A DNA stretch of 64,000 bases from Thermodesulfovibrionia bacterium (GTDB lineage: Bacteria; Nitrospirota; Thermodesulfovibrionia; Thermodesulfovibrionales; SM23-35), in contig JBGQLV010000003.1 of the NCBI GenBank assembly GCA_041500225.1, positions 215 to 64,214 on the forward strand, read 5' to 3'. Positions 30,546-40,237 of the stretch are shown here, piece by piece. Below the pieces are notes generated by a model. That model was not told the origin of the DNA and searched no databases. It saw only the letters and a program-made list of their open reading frames with translations. Within the stretch, counting starts at the first letter, position 1; the number at the start of each line of letters is the position of its first letter. The translations under genes were made by a program, and so were the position numbers.

Positions 30546-30752
30546 GTGTTAGAAATAGTCTTGCCTAAGGCGAGGACCGTAACACTTCCAAAGACAGCTA
30601 AGGCGATAAAAGCCCTGATTCCCCCCTCCGCTCCGCTACAGGGAGAACCAGGAGTTCGAGACAGATGCCCCTCCGGGGCACTGCTCAACTGCCGCATTAT
30701 CACAGCAAGGGATATGAACACCCGGGAGCGTAGGAGATATGAAAAAAAGTAA
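30546..30752 (+). pseudogene. Possible degenerate BrnT-like (DUF497) toxin remnant
   Basis: Only the C-terminal tail (RIITARDMNTRERRRYEKK) resembles the BrnT consensus ...RIISARKAT..ER..Y. The ORF overlaps the BrnA-like gene in the usual toxin-then-antitoxin order. The upstream part is unrecognisable. Confidence 0.3.
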
Positions 30753-30978
30753 ACATAAGGAAATGACCATATTAGAGGCAAGTGATTATTTCGACGAGCA
30801 CGATATTTTTAAGTTTGAGGATGTAAGAGAGGTGACAGACGTTAAATTCAAACTGCAGAAAAAGAAATATGTCGGGCTCGACATGGAACTTTTCAAAAAG
30901 ATCAAAACCAAAGCAAAGAGACTCCACAAAAGCGAAGACCTGCTCATCAAAGAATGGCTGATGGAAAAGGTCGGATAA
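30739..30978 (+). CDS. BrnA-like (CopG/RHH-type) antitoxin
   Basis: EASDYFDEHDIFKFED...KYVGLDMELFKKIKTKAKRLHKSEDLLIKEWLMEK matches the BrnA pattern as I recall it (EA..fWe.HD...d......i.lrld..ll..ik..A...g..yq.LI..wL.Ek). Confidence 0.6.
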   Translation: MKKSKHKEMTILEASDYFDEHDIFKFEDVREVTDVKFKLQKKKYVGLDMELFKKIKTKAKRLHKSEDLLIKEWLMEKVG

Positions 30979-31067
30979 CAGCGTAACACCTTTTCTCTGC
31001 ATTCATATCAACAATCAGAACAGCCATTCTGTTTACTTGAAATAAAAAACTCCTAAAGGTTAAAGAA

Positions 31068-31511
31068 ATGAGTGACCTGAAGAAATATATTCACGAAAGA
31101 AAAAAGAGAGACAGAAGTTTTGCCGAAGGATATGACGAGGGTTATGAGCAGTTCAAAACCGGTGTGGTACTCAAACATGCCCGCGAGTCTGCCGGCCTGA
31201 CTCAGGGGTGGCATGAAGGCAAACACTCTCTGCTTCCGTGGTGGGAGTATTTCCTCGGTGTAATGCTCCTGTCTGCTTATAAGGAATTTGAGCAGCGTGT
31301 CGGGTTGGTATCAACCGCGAAGGGGGCTAAAACAGCGACCGTGCTGGATGCGATCCGTAGTATGAAGGGAGAGTTTTCCGTCAAGGATGTGCAGGAACGC
31401 TGTCCGGCAGTAGGAATTGACCTGATCCGCAGGATATTGCGCCAGGAGCGGGAGGCGAACCGTCTTGAATGTCTTGGCCGGGGCCCTGATGCCCGCTGGA
31501 AGAATAAATAG
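31068..31511 (+). pseudogene. Chimeric ORF: XRE/HigA-type antitoxin N-terminus fused to the C-terminal region of a Fic-family protein
   Basis: Residues 1-46 (..FKTGVVLKHARESAGLTQ) stop in the middle of an HTH. The remainder (PWWEYFLGVMLLSAYKEFEQRV...FSVKDVQERCPAVGIDLIRRILRQE...LGRGPDARW) looks like the wHTH tail of Fic/DOC proteins, and no Fic core motif is present. Confidence 0.55.
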
Positions 31512-31529
31512 GTACAATGCGCAATAATT

Positions 31530-31554
31530 AGGTACTGAATGTCATTCAGTACCT
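31530..31554. repeat. Perfect 25-nt palindrome
   Basis: AGGTACTGAATG-T-CATTCAGTACCT lies directly after the chimeric ORF. TAGGTAC also recurs at 31509-31515. Confidence 0.7.
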
Positions 31555-31831
31555 ATATAGATCCATTATCTCCTCACGGTCAATCACATCAGCTCTCCCT
31601 TGCCCGGCTTTCTGGCACCCACAGCCTCCAGCGTGTTATCAATCTTTCAGCTTTTAAAGCAGGATCAAGCTTAACATATCCCTTCGTTAGCCGTGCCCTG
31701 CATGATGTAAGATGGACAAATTGGACGTGAAAAATGAGGGTCAATTTCACGATTCTTTCACGTTGAGGGACACGAAGGCCGAAGGGCCTTTTTACCACCC
31801 GGGGAAAGCTATTGAAAACTAAGGGGGAATA

Positions 31832-31908
31832 TGGTACCCCCTGCAGGAATTGAACCTGCGACACCAGGTTTAGGAAACCTGTGCTCTATCCTACTGAGCT
31901 AAGGGGGC
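31832..31908 (-). tRNA. tRNA-Arg (anticodon CCT)
   Basis: The reverse complement reads GCCCCCTTAGCTCAGTAGGATAGAGCACAGGTTTCCTAAACCTGGTGTCGCAGGTTCAATTCCTGCAGGGGGTACCA. The anticodon loop is TTCCTAA. Confidence 0.9.
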
Positions 31909-31954
31909 ACGAAAGAAAGTGAAAAGTGAAAAGTTTAAAAACAAATACAAACAA

Positions 31955-32407
31955 CTAAAACTCTAAAAGCTCAAAGACTTTATTTACTGCATCAGCTGCG
32001 TTCTCAGCATGGATAATACCCTTTATGTCCCATGTTTTGATACCAACAACTGGTTTTCCCATCTGCAACGCAAAAGCAATCTCTGACAATGTGCCGTATT
32101 CACCGCCAACTGCTATAAGGGCGTCTGCTGTACGGGCTATAATAACATTTCTGCCGATTCCCAATCCAGTTGCTATAGGAATGTCTATATACTGATTTGC
32201 TTCTTTTGAATGATCATGGGGAAGGATTCCAACAGTTAGCCCACCCTCTGATTTAGCGCCTTTTGATGCGGCTTTCATAACACCACTGAGGCCACCGCAT
32301 ACAAGGGTTGCTCCTTTTTGGGCAATATGACGTCCAACTTCTTCAGCCTCCCAAAGAAGCGCCTTTTCAACTCTCCTTCCGCCTATAACAGCAATTATTT
32401 TTTTCAT
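31955..32407 (-). CDS. TIGR00725-type (LOG/DprA-like Rossmann fold) protein
   Basis: IAVIGGRR...GATLVCGGLSGVMKAASKGA...GGLTVGILP fits this small-protein family as I recall it. Confidence 0.65.
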   Translation of the reverse strand: MKKIIAVIGGRRVEKALLWEAEEVGRHIAQKGATLVCGGLSGVMKAASKGAKSEGGLTVGILPHDHSKEANQYIDIPIATGLGIGRNVIIARTADALIAVGGEYGTLSEIAFALQMGKPVVGIKTWDIKGIIHAENAADAVNKVFELLEF

Positions 32408-33333
32408 TATATTCCCGCATGAACTTTCATATTTTTACCCTGATAGGTGTCTTTAAATTCAAGTCTTTTTTCTATGTCTCTTAAAATTTCCTGTCTGCTT
32501 TTTCCCCAGCGCGGCGCTATCAAAATATTATCAGGTGCGGTAGCGAACAACCTCTGCAAAACTATTCGAGAAGAAAGCCTTTCAATGAATTCAGTGACAA
32601 ATTCGAGATATTCCTCATATTCAAATACATGAAATGGTCTTTCCCTGTAGATAATCTCAAGGGGTGTGTCTTTTATTACCTGAAGCTGGTGTATCTTGAG
32701 AAAATCAATCGGGATATGCGAGACCTCATCTGCCATTGAAAGCATCTCTTCTTTTGTCTCTGTTGGGAATCCGATTATAACATGTGCGCCAATAAATATG
32801 CCTCTGTCCTTCGTCAGATCAATTGTCTTAAGGAAAGTATTATAGTCATGACCGCGGTTTATGAACTCAAGGGTCTTTTCATAGATTGACTGCATGCCAT
32901 ATTCAATCAGGATAAAGTATCGCTCTGCAAGTGTCTCAAGAAGTGCAATCTTCTCTTCATTTACAGTATCAGGCCTTGTGCCGATAGCAAGTCCTATAAC
33001 AGAAGGTTCAGATAGTGCCTTCCGATAAAGACGCTCTAATTCATCAACAGGCGCATAAGTGTTTGTATAAGGCTGAAAGTAAACAAGGAACCTCTCAGCC
33101 TTATATCGTTTTTTGACGTGAGCGATGCCGTTCCTGATCTGTTCACTTATTGATAAAGTCGGCGTACATGACCCCGGTCTGAAACTGTCATTGTTACAGA
33201 AGATACAGCCTGATGTACTTATTGTCCCGTCCCTGTTAGGACACGTAAACCCTGCATCTACATTTACCTTATAAACAGTAGTGGAAAATCGCTTCTTTAT
33301 ATATGAACCGAAAGAGTTATAACGTCTGTGCAT
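32407..33333 (-). CDS. Radical SAM protein, TIGR01212 (YhcC-like) family
   Basis: The N-terminus (KVNVDAGFTCPNRDGT...GCIFC) has the family-specific Cys spacing. The ORF is coupled to the downstream gene through a start/stop overlap. Confidence 0.75.
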   Translation of the reverse strand: MHRRYNSFGSYIKKRFSTTVYKVNVDAGFTCPNRDGTISTSGCIFCNNDSFRPGSCTPTLSISEQIRNGIAHVKKRYKAERFLVYFQPYTNTYAPVDELERLYRKALSEPSVIGLAIGTRPDTVNEEKIALLETLAERYFILIEYGMQSIYEKTLEFINRGHDYNTFLKTIDLTKDRGIFIGAHVIIGFPTETKEEMLSMADEVSHIPIDFLKIHQLQVIKDTPLEIIYRERPFHVFEYEEYLEFVTEFIERLSSRIVLQRLFATAPDNILIAPRWGKSRQEILRDIEKRLEFKDTYQGKNMKVHAGI

Positions 33334-33560
33334 ATTTAATTATTTATGTTTAGTGACAGTTCTGTCAATGTGAACCTATAGTAAATAATGCAATTGGACG
33401 ATGCAGATGTTGTGAAAAAATTTATTTTTTGATACCTTAATTTACCTTTAAGTGATGGTTCCAGATATATTTTAGTGGATATAACGAATAAAGATATTTT
33501 CAATAACCCATCAAGTTAAATAAATTTTTGAACAATGTCTGCATCGTCCTGACTAATTAA

Positions 33561-34283
33561 CTATTTCAGCTTTTTTCCAATCTCCTCCCAATCCTTCACC
33601 TCCTCTGCATCCTCTACTTCCTCAAAGCTGAATGATTTAGGCTTGTATGCCTTTGCAGATTCAATAACAGATTGGTTTCCTATTATAGCTTTAATCTTTA
33701 GACCTTTTTCTTTTATCTCATCAAATATCATACCCTGTCTCCATGGAATCACGGGTAAATCTATGAACCCATTCTCTTTCAGCCATGTCTTGATAGTTTT
33801 TATATCGAAGAGTTCTGTCTGAAGAAATACAACTGGAAACCTACTCGAAAATTTCTTTATTATCTTCTGACTTCCTGTTTTTGGTTTTTTTGAAAAAGGC
33901 CCTTCTAACAAACTGGCTTCTACATCGACAAAAATAATTCTGTCACCTTTTTTTAAGGAAAGAAGCAGTCCATTCCCTTCATCTTTCCCTGACTTTGCGT
34001 TTATCTGATATAAGCCATTTTTTAGCGGAGTAAAGCGTTTGAATGCAAAACCATCGCCGCCTGAGAGGCTCTTGCCAATAGACTTTCCGTCAACAAAGGA
34101 CTCCACAACCTCACCGCCTCTGGGGAAAAGTTTTCCCCTTGTCTCAGCCCTTAGCATAACCTCTTTGCCTCTGAGTGCGATCATGTCACTAACGATTACA
34201 TCTGATAATACGATGGATGGAAAAAGATACAATAAGAGGATACAAAAAATTAAAGTTATTAAAATTCTCATAAATCTGAACAT
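33561..34283 (-). CDS. Hypothetical exported protein
   Basis: An N-terminal signal-like hydrophobic segment (ILITLIFCILLLYLFPSIVLS) is present. No domain was recognised. Confidence 0.45.
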   Translation of the reverse strand: MFRFMRILITLIFCILLLYLFPSIVLSDVIVSDMIALRGKEVMLRAETRGKLFPRGGEVVESFVDGKSIGKSLSGGDGFAFKRFTPLKNGLYQINAKSGKDEGNGLLLSLKKGDRIIFVDVEASLLEGPFSKKPKTGSQKIIKKFSSRFPVVFLQTELFDIKTIKTWLKENGFIDLPVIPWRQGMIFDEIKEKGLKIKAIIGNQSVIESAKAYKPKSFSFEEVEDAEEVKDWEEIGKKLK

Positions 34284-34302
34284 TTGCCATCAATAGTTAT
34301 TG

Positions 34303-36741
34303 CTAAATAGTCTCCGCTGCGGGAGCAAAGTATCCCTTTAACCCTTCAGCTAATTCCCTTAGTCGTTTGTCTGCTCGATAATTTACAGTACTTTCAGGAT
34401 AGGTGCCATCTGCCTGTCTTTCTCCTGCAGGTAACCCTGTTAATATCTCAATCCCCTCATCAATAGTCTTTACCTCATAGATATGGAATTGACCTTCACG
34501 CACTGCCTTTACTACGTCATCACGCAGCATCAGGTTCCTGACATTCTGATGAGGGATCATAACCCCCTGCTCACCTGTTAACCCCTTTGCCTTACATACG
34601 TCAAAGAACCCCTCAACCTTTTGATTAACTCCTCCAATTGGTTGAACCTCACCCTTTTGATTTACTGAACCAGTGACTGCTATTCCCTGCCTGATAGCTA
34701 AATCGGCGAGACTTGACAGGATAGCATAGAGCTCTGTAGATGAGGCGCTATCTCCTTCAACACCCGAATAGGACTGTTCAAAGCAGATACTTGCTGAAAG
34801 GGATAATGGTTTATCCTGGGCATATTTCCACCCGAGGTAGCCGGATAAGATAAGCACACCTTTGTCATGGATGTGTCCACTGAGCTGCGATTCTCTTTCG
34901 ATATTAATCACACCGCGTCTTCCTAAAAAGGTCTTAGCAGTAATTCGGGAAGGCCGTCCGAAGCTAAATATGCCAAGGTCATATACTGATAACCCATTGA
35001 CCTGTCCCACAACTGCTCCCTCTACATCAACCATAAGGGTTCCTTCTGTAATCATCTGAAGGATGCGTTCAGCTACAAGGTCAAGACGATGAATCTTCTT
35101 TTTTACTGCCTTTTCTACATGTTCTCCAGTTATCAGTTTGCTCTGGGAGTCCCTTGCCCAGTAGTCAGCTTCAATAAGTAAATCTTGCAATGAACCAAAT
35201 CTGGCAGATAGCCTCTCCTGGTCACCTGCTGCCCTAACTGCATATTCTATGATTTTAGCTACCCCGCTTCGGTCAAAGGGCAAAAGTTTTTCGTTATCGC
35301 AGCAAGTGCGGATGAAACAGGTATAAGCCTTTATGTTTTCATCCGAACGCTGCATTTGATAGTCAAAGTCTACCTTTACCTTGAACATCTCCCAGAAATC
35401 TTCATCATAAAGAGAAAGGAGCTGATAAATGGAATCATCACCCATAACCACAATTTTGAACTCTATAGGCATTGGCTGTGCCCTCATGCCCTGGGGTGTA
35501 AAAAAGCCAAATTGTTCCCCCGGGTCTTCCACCCGTACCTCTTTAGCTCTGATAACCCTTTTAAGTCCTTCCCAGACGCCTGGGTTTAGCAAGACATCAC
35601 GGATATTAAGGATCAAGTAGCCACCATTGGCTGATTGAACGGCTCCTGGTTTAATCATGGAGTGGTCACTTACATAAGTGCCCATTAAGGCTCTTCTTTC
35701 AATCTTGCCAAACATATTGAACCAGTGGGGATTTGGTTCGAAAACGATAGGAGGTCCGCTTATAGAACTATTGTCTACAAAGACATTGACCTTATATGCC
35801 ATAAATGGGTCTGCTTGAGGAATAGTGGGGAGGCCAGGCATCTGGGGAGGCATTGGAGTTTGTGTGAATATGTCTAATTTTGTCAAGGTATATTCCCGTG
35901 CTTCTTTAAGAAAATTTGTAACTTCAGGATATTCACTGTAGGTCCTAAATAGCTCCTCAAATGGGCGGGAGATGGCAATTTCTCCAGCCTTAAGGTCAAT
36001 CTCCTTTATTTTTTCTCCCACCTCTTTTTCCAGGTCACGAAGGCGGGTATATGTCTCTTCAACCTTTCTCATCATTTCCAGACGCCTTGCCTCGATAGCC
36101 TTTCTTTCAACCTCTGAAAGGGCTAAGAACGCTTCTCTCGACATTGGCTTTTCTTCAACCAGAGGAACGACAGCAGCCCCCATCGGGGATATTTGAACCA
36201 TCAAATTTTTCCCCTTAGCCTCGCTGTCCAAAGCATCCATGGCTTCCTGATATTTTTTCTGGTGTTCTTCTATAACCTCCTGTTTCCGCTTGCTGTATTC
36301 CTCGCTGCCAAATGTTTTTGGTATTTCTTCTCTTAAAGTTTTGAGCAGCCCTTCAATATGATTGTTGAAGGACTTTCCAAGACCCTGTGCCAATTTTAGT
36401 ATTCTCGGCCTGTCCGGGTCAGTAAAGTTATACACATAACACCAATCATAAGTTTTATACTTTATTCCCTTGGCTTCTCTTTCAGCGATGAATTTTTCCA
36501 GGCGGGCCTTAATGGTTGTCGCCTTACCTGTTCCGGTAATGCCTGTCAGAAAGAGGTTATAGCCTGTCCTTTCCACAGCCAGACCGAAATCCATGGAATC
36601 AAGGGCTCGCTCCTGCCCAATAAATTCTTTAAGGGGTTTTATATCTGTGGTACATTCAAAATTAAATATCTCCGGGGGACAGATCCAGCGGAGTTTTTCT
36701 AAGGGGATAGCATATTTCTTCAGATCGATTGCCTTTCCCAT
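34303..36741 (-). CDS. Lon-like protease (AAA-like N-terminal region plus S16 peptidase domain)
   Basis: I chose the start at ATG 36741, which has a GAGGA SD upstream. A P-loop-like GITGTGKA is present, and the C-terminal S16 domain has the Ser-Lys dyad context (GVEGDSASS ... IGGVNQKVEGF). Confidence 0.8.
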   Translation of the reverse strand: MGKAIDLKKYAIPLEKLRWICPPEIFNFECTTDIKPLKEFIGQERALDSMDFGLAVERTGYNLFLTGITGTGKATTIKARLEKFIAEREAKGIKYKTYDWCYVYNFTDPDRPRILKLAQGLGKSFNNHIEGLLKTLREEIPKTFGSEEYSKRKQEVIEEHQKKYQEAMDALDSEAKGKNLMVQISPMGAAVVPLVEEKPMSREAFLALSEVERKAIEARRLEMMRKVEETYTRLRDLEKEVGEKIKEIDLKAGEIAISRPFEELFRTYSEYPEVTNFLKEAREYTLTKLDIFTQTPMPPQMPGLPTIPQADPFMAYKVNVFVDNSSISGPPIVFEPNPHWFNMFGKIERRALMGTYVSDHSMIKPGAVQSANGGYLILNIRDVLLNPGVWEGLKRVIRAKEVRVEDPGEQFGFFTPQGMRAQPMPIEFKIVVMGDDSIYQLLSLYDEDFWEMFKVKVDFDYQMQRSDENIKAYTCFIRTCCDNEKLLPFDRSGVAKIIEYAVRAAGDQERLSARFGSLQDLLIEADYWARDSQSKLITGEHVEKAVKKKIHRLDLVAERILQMITEGTLMVDVEGAVVGQVNGLSVYDLGIFSFGRPSRITAKTFLGRRGVINIERESQLSGHIHDKGVLILSGYLGWKYAQDKPLSLSASICFEQSYSGVEGDSASSTELYAILSSLADLAIRQGIAVTGSVNQKGEVQPIGGVNQKVEGFFDVCKAKGLTGEQGVMIPHQNVRNLMLRDDVVKAVREGQFHIYEVKTIDEGIEILTGLPAGERQADGTYPESTVNYRADKRLRELAEGLKGYFAPAAETI

Positions 36742-36920
36742 ATTTTCCTCCCTATGTATTTTTAAGCTAATTATAGCATTTTTAGTTTCAGTCTCATATT
36801 TCATTTCAATCTGTAGAGAATATATACAATCAGGCCATATTTCTGCATTGTAGAGTTTTTTCAAATGATGTTACTCATGACTTTTCTCAATTTCTTTGAT
36901 ATACTTTTGCGAGGGAAGAG

Positions 36921-37463
36921 TTGAAAAACATCACAGAGAGAGAACTTCTTAAAATAGCCAGAAACATCAAATTTCTCATCCTCGACGTTGATGGTGTGCT
37001 CACAGACGGCAGCATTATACTTGACAACGAGGGCAATGAGTTCAAGTCTTTTCATGTGCGAGATGGACATGGGATAAAAATGCTTATGAGGGCAGGGATT
37101 CAGGTCGCCATAGTTACAGGCAGACATTCAAAGGTTGTTGAAAGAAGGGCTCATGAGCTTGGGATTACAGAGGTCTTTCAGAGATGTTTTAACAAAGATG
37201 TTGCTTATAGGCAGCTTTCTGAAAAATACTCCATTAACGATAATGAGATAGCATATATCGGTGATGATATTGTTGATATTCCGCTTTTAAAGAGGTCTGG
37301 GTTTCCAGTAGTTGTAGCGGATGCTGATGATGAGGTTAAGGCTGTTGCAAAAATGATAACAAAAAAGGTGGGGGGCAGGGGAGCAGTCAGGGAGGTATGT
37401 GATTTCCTACTTAAGGCAAAAGGGCTCTGGCAGGACATTATAAATGGGTACTCTAAGACTTAA
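36921..37463 (+). CDS. kdsC: KDO 8-phosphate phosphatase (HAD family)
   Basis: A TTG start follows a GAGGGAAG SD. The motifs ILDVDGVLTDG, VAIVTGR and YIGDDIVD are present. Confidence 0.8.
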   Translation: MKNITERELLKIARNIKFLILDVDGVLTDGSIILDNEGNEFKSFHVRDGHGIKMLMRAGIQVAIVTGRHSKVVERRAHELGITEVFQRCFNKDVAYRQLSEKYSINDNEIAYIGDDIVDIPLLKRSGFPVVVADADDEVKAVAKMITKKVGGRGAVREVCDFLLKAKGLWQDIINGYSKT

Positions 37464-37977
37464 TCTCCCAACTGTCCTTACACTGAGCAGGATTGTCCTT
37501 ATCCCGGTTTTTGTATTCACATTCTACCAGCACCCTGTATTTGGTGCTTTCGTATTTGGTATCGCCTCCATAACAGATTTTCTCGATGGATATCTTGCAA
37601 GGCGTTCAGGTGAGATAACAAAGTTCGGGATTATACTCGATCCGATTGCTGACAAGTTCCTGGTAATATCTGCTCTTATTGTACTTGTTGATAAGGATAG
37701 GCTGGAAGCGTGGATAGCGATTATCATCATTGTAAGAGAATTCCTTGTAACTGGGTTGAGGGTAGTTGCCCTTTCAAGGGATATAGTAATCCCTGCTGAG
37801 ATGGGAGGGAAGATAAAGACATTTATTCAGATAACCGCAATCCTCTGCCTTATACTTATGGGAAGTATTTTCAATATTGATCTTTATGATGTTGGTTTGG
37901 TCCTTATCTGGATAGCCCTTGTCCTGTCTATCGTCTCAGGAGTCCAGTATACGGTATCATTCTGGAGAAAGATGTAA
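37444..37977 (+). CDS. pgsA: CDP-diacylglycerol--glycerol-3-phosphate 3-phosphatidyltransferase
   Basis: The CDP-alcohol phosphatidyltransferase motif D-G-x2-A-R-x8-G-x3-D-x3-D is present (DFLDGYLARRSGEITKFGIILDPIADK). Confidence 0.85.
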   Translation: MGTLRLNLPTVLTLSRIVLIPVFVFTFYQHPVFGAFVFGIASITDFLDGYLARRSGEITKFGIILDPIADKFLVISALIVLVDKDRLEAWIAIIIIVREFLVTGLRVVALSRDIVIPAEMGGKIKTFIQITAILCLILMGSIFNIDLYDVGLVLIWIALVLSIVSGVQYTVSFWRKM

Positions 37978-37979
37978 AA

Positions 37980-38573
37980 ATGGATATGATTAAATATATT
38001 TTACTTTTTATTGCTTCTTTTATTCTCGGTTCGATTCCCTTTGGTATAATAATAGCAAAGGCTAAAGGGGTTGACCTCAAAAAGGTTGGAAGCAGAAACA
38101 TAGGTGCGACAAATGTGTTAAGGTCTCTCGGAAAATGGCCGGCTGCATTAACCCTTCTCGGAGACGTCCTTAAGGGTACCGCAGCAGTTGCGATAGGAAG
38201 GTATTTTGGGGTAGGACCAGTTTATGAAGGGTTTGTGGGATTATCAGCAATTTTGGGACATAATTTTTCAATATTCCTGGGGTTCAGGGGAGGTAAGGGC
38301 GTTGCCACAAGCCTTGGTGTACTCGGCATTTATTCCCCCAAAACGGCTATTGTTACATTTATAATATGGGTAGTGGTTGTTATGTTAACAAAATATTCAT
38401 CTCTTGGAGCACTTGTGTCATTCGGACTTCTGCCGATAAATGTCTTACTCTTTGATAGCAAAGAAAAACTGTTTACTGCAATTCTTATCACAATCCTCAT
38501 CTTTATGCGGCATAAAGATAATATCCAGAGGTTTATAAAAGGCACCGAAAGGAGAATGGGGCAGCGAGAATGA
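37980..38573 (+). CDS. plsY: Glycerol-3-phosphate acyltransferase PlsY
   Basis: LGSIPFG, GSRNIGATNV, HNFSIFLGFRGGKGVAT and a polytopic membrane profile are present. Confidence 0.9.
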   Translation: MDMIKYILLFIASFILGSIPFGIIIAKAKGVDLKKVGSRNIGATNVLRSLGKWPAALTLLGDVLKGTAAVAIGRYFGVGPVYEGFVGLSAILGHNFSIFLGFRGGKGVATSLGVLGIYSPKTAIVTFIIWVVVVMLTKYSSLGALVSFGLLPINVLLFDSKEKLFTAILITILIFMRHKDNIQRFIKGTERRMGQRE

Positions 38574-40237
38574 AAAGGTTTTTTTTACAGATATTTTTAT
38601 GCCTTTTACTCATTCCTTCTATGTCCTCAGGGAAAGATTTATATGAAGAGCAGCTTGATAAAGGTATAAGAAATTCAGAGCCATACTCATATTTGCTTAT
38701 TAAGCAATCAAAGGCAAATAGTGCTAAATCGAAGATTATGCTCAAAGAGGCATTAAAATATTCTCCTGATCTGCCTGCAGTTTATTTTGAGTTATCAAAG
38801 GACAGCTTCTCCTTCTCGCCTGAAGGGATGTTCAAGGCTGTTGATTATATGTTACAGGGGATATCGGCATATAAACGCAATTTTTGGTGGTTATTCATGA
38901 TGGCAGGCTCTCTGTTTACAAGTATGATCCTCTCTCTTATCATCTCAATGGTAATTATTATTTTGATAAGACTTACCGGTGATATACCATTGCTTTCACA
39001 TGATATAAATGAGGCTAATAATAAGGCTCTGCTCCTTTTAATACTCATCGTCGCTGTAATAAGTCCTCTTTTCTTAACAGGAGGGTTACTTGTAATAATC
39101 GGCTTGTATATGAAAAAATGGGATCGGATTTCTGTTTATTTCTATCTTCTGTTTCTCCTTATTTCGCCATGGCTATTCAATACTGCTTCAATGTTTTTTA
39201 ATGCGCCGTCTTCAGGTAAACTCAAGGCTGTTGTTCAGGTTAATGAATCAAAGGGCAACAGATATGCCCTTTCTATACTAAGAGGCAGGGATGACCCTGT
39301 TGAACTATTTTCATATGCCCTTGCCCTGAAGCGTGAAGGTGGATACAACGAGGCAATGGATATTTACAATAAACTCATTGTAAAAAGACCTGATCCGAGA
39401 TTATACAATAATCTTGCAAATTGTTATGTTGCGATTAATGATATAGAAAAGGCGAAAGAATTATACAGAAAATCAATTGAACTCCAACCCTTCCCTTCTG
39501 CGCTTTATAATCTAAGCGAGGTATCAAGAGAGACCCTTGATTTTGAAAAAGGCGATGAATATTTTCAGTCTGCCCAAATGCTGGATCGTGACGCTGTGTC
39601 GAGGTTCAGGGCAATATTCAGTATGAATCCGAACAGGGTTGTTATGGACGAAAGCCTGCCTGTCTCTACCCTATGGGGATATACTGATGTTAAAGCGACC
39701 GGTGCTTCTAACCTGGACTTATCAACGGTACCACCAGCCTTAATACCTGTTATAGCAATTTTTATGGTGATCCTTTTTTATATATTTACAAGGCGTTTTA
39801 AGCACACGGCTTACAGATGTAAAAGGTGTGGTTCTATCCTGTGCAACAAATGTGAAAAACGCATTCTATGGGGTCGTATGTGCTTGCAGTGTTACAGGTC
39901 ATTAGTAAAGCTTGATGAGCTTGATGCAAAGGAGAGAATTGCCAGGGTGCTTACTGTTTATGAGTATCAGAAGAGGAGAAGAGATATAATAAAGATCATT
40001 TCATTTATAATCCCGGGCTCGGGTCAAATATATGCAGGGAATGTCTTATACGGTTTATTGTTTCTATGGCCATTTTTATTTTTCCTTTTTATCCCTATAA
40101 CAAATTTGATATTCGCACCTGAGACGTCCTATTTTTCCCATAACTGGCTAAGTTGGGGCGCGTTTTTACTTATGGCCATAGTATATTTTATGTCTAACAT
40201 TATAACGAGACGGAGGCTTGCAAAAGGGTGGCTTTAG
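38570..40237 (+). CDS. Membrane protein with TPR repeats and a Cys4 zinc-ribbon
   Basis: Hydrophobic segments, TPR units (LYNNLANCY, ALYNLSEV) and CKRCGSILCNKC...CLQC are present. Its start overlaps the plsY stop. Confidence 0.5.
   Translation: MKRFFLQIFLCLLLIPSMSSGKDLYEEQLDKGIRNSEPYSYLLIKQSKANSAKSKIMLKEALKYSPDLPAVYFELSKDSFSFSPEGMFKAVDYMLQGISAYKRNFWWLFMMAGSLFTSMILSLIISMVIIILIRLTGDIPLLSHDINEANNKALLLLILIVAVISPLFLTGGLLVIIGLYMKKWDRISVYFYLLFLLISPWLFNTASMFFNAPSSGKLKAVVQVNESKGNRYALSILRGRDDPVELFSYALALKREGGYNEAMDIYNKLIVKRPDPRLYNNLANCYVAINDIEKAKELYRKSIELQPFPSALYNLSEVSRETLDFEKGDEYFQSAQMLDRDAVSRFRAIFSMNPNRVVMDESLPVSTLWGYTDVKATGASNLDLSTVPPALIPVIAIFMVILFYIFTRRFKHTAYRCKRCGSILCNKCEKRILWGRMCLQCYRSLVKLDELDAKERIARVLTVYEYQKRRRDIIKIISFIIPGSGQIYAGNVLYGLLFLWPFLFFLFIPITNLIFAPETSYFSHNWLSWGAFLLMAIVYFMSNIITRRRLAKGWL

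Noticed and set aside
30497-30781. A 94-aa minus-strand ORF across the GC-rich segment
   Set aside because: It is antisense to the BrnT-like remnant and the BrnA start. Its translation is low-complexity and no SD is present.
31589-31864. A 91-aa minus-strand ORF next to tRNA-Arg, examined as a possible integrase remnant
   Set aside because: It overlaps the tRNA itself. The translation shows no tyrosine or serine recombinase motifs. The plus-strand 'LHDVRWT' resemblance to the HxLRHT box is too weak to call.
33396-33549. Inverted repeat GGACGATGCAGA ... TCTGCATCGTCC (12 nt perfect, extendable to 18 nt with 2 mismatches) separated by about 125 nt of AT-rich intergenic DNA
   Set aside because: It occurs only once, no second copy is present in the window and no associated coding capacity is present. 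It could be a chance match or a regulatory stem, and the evidence is insufficient for a call.
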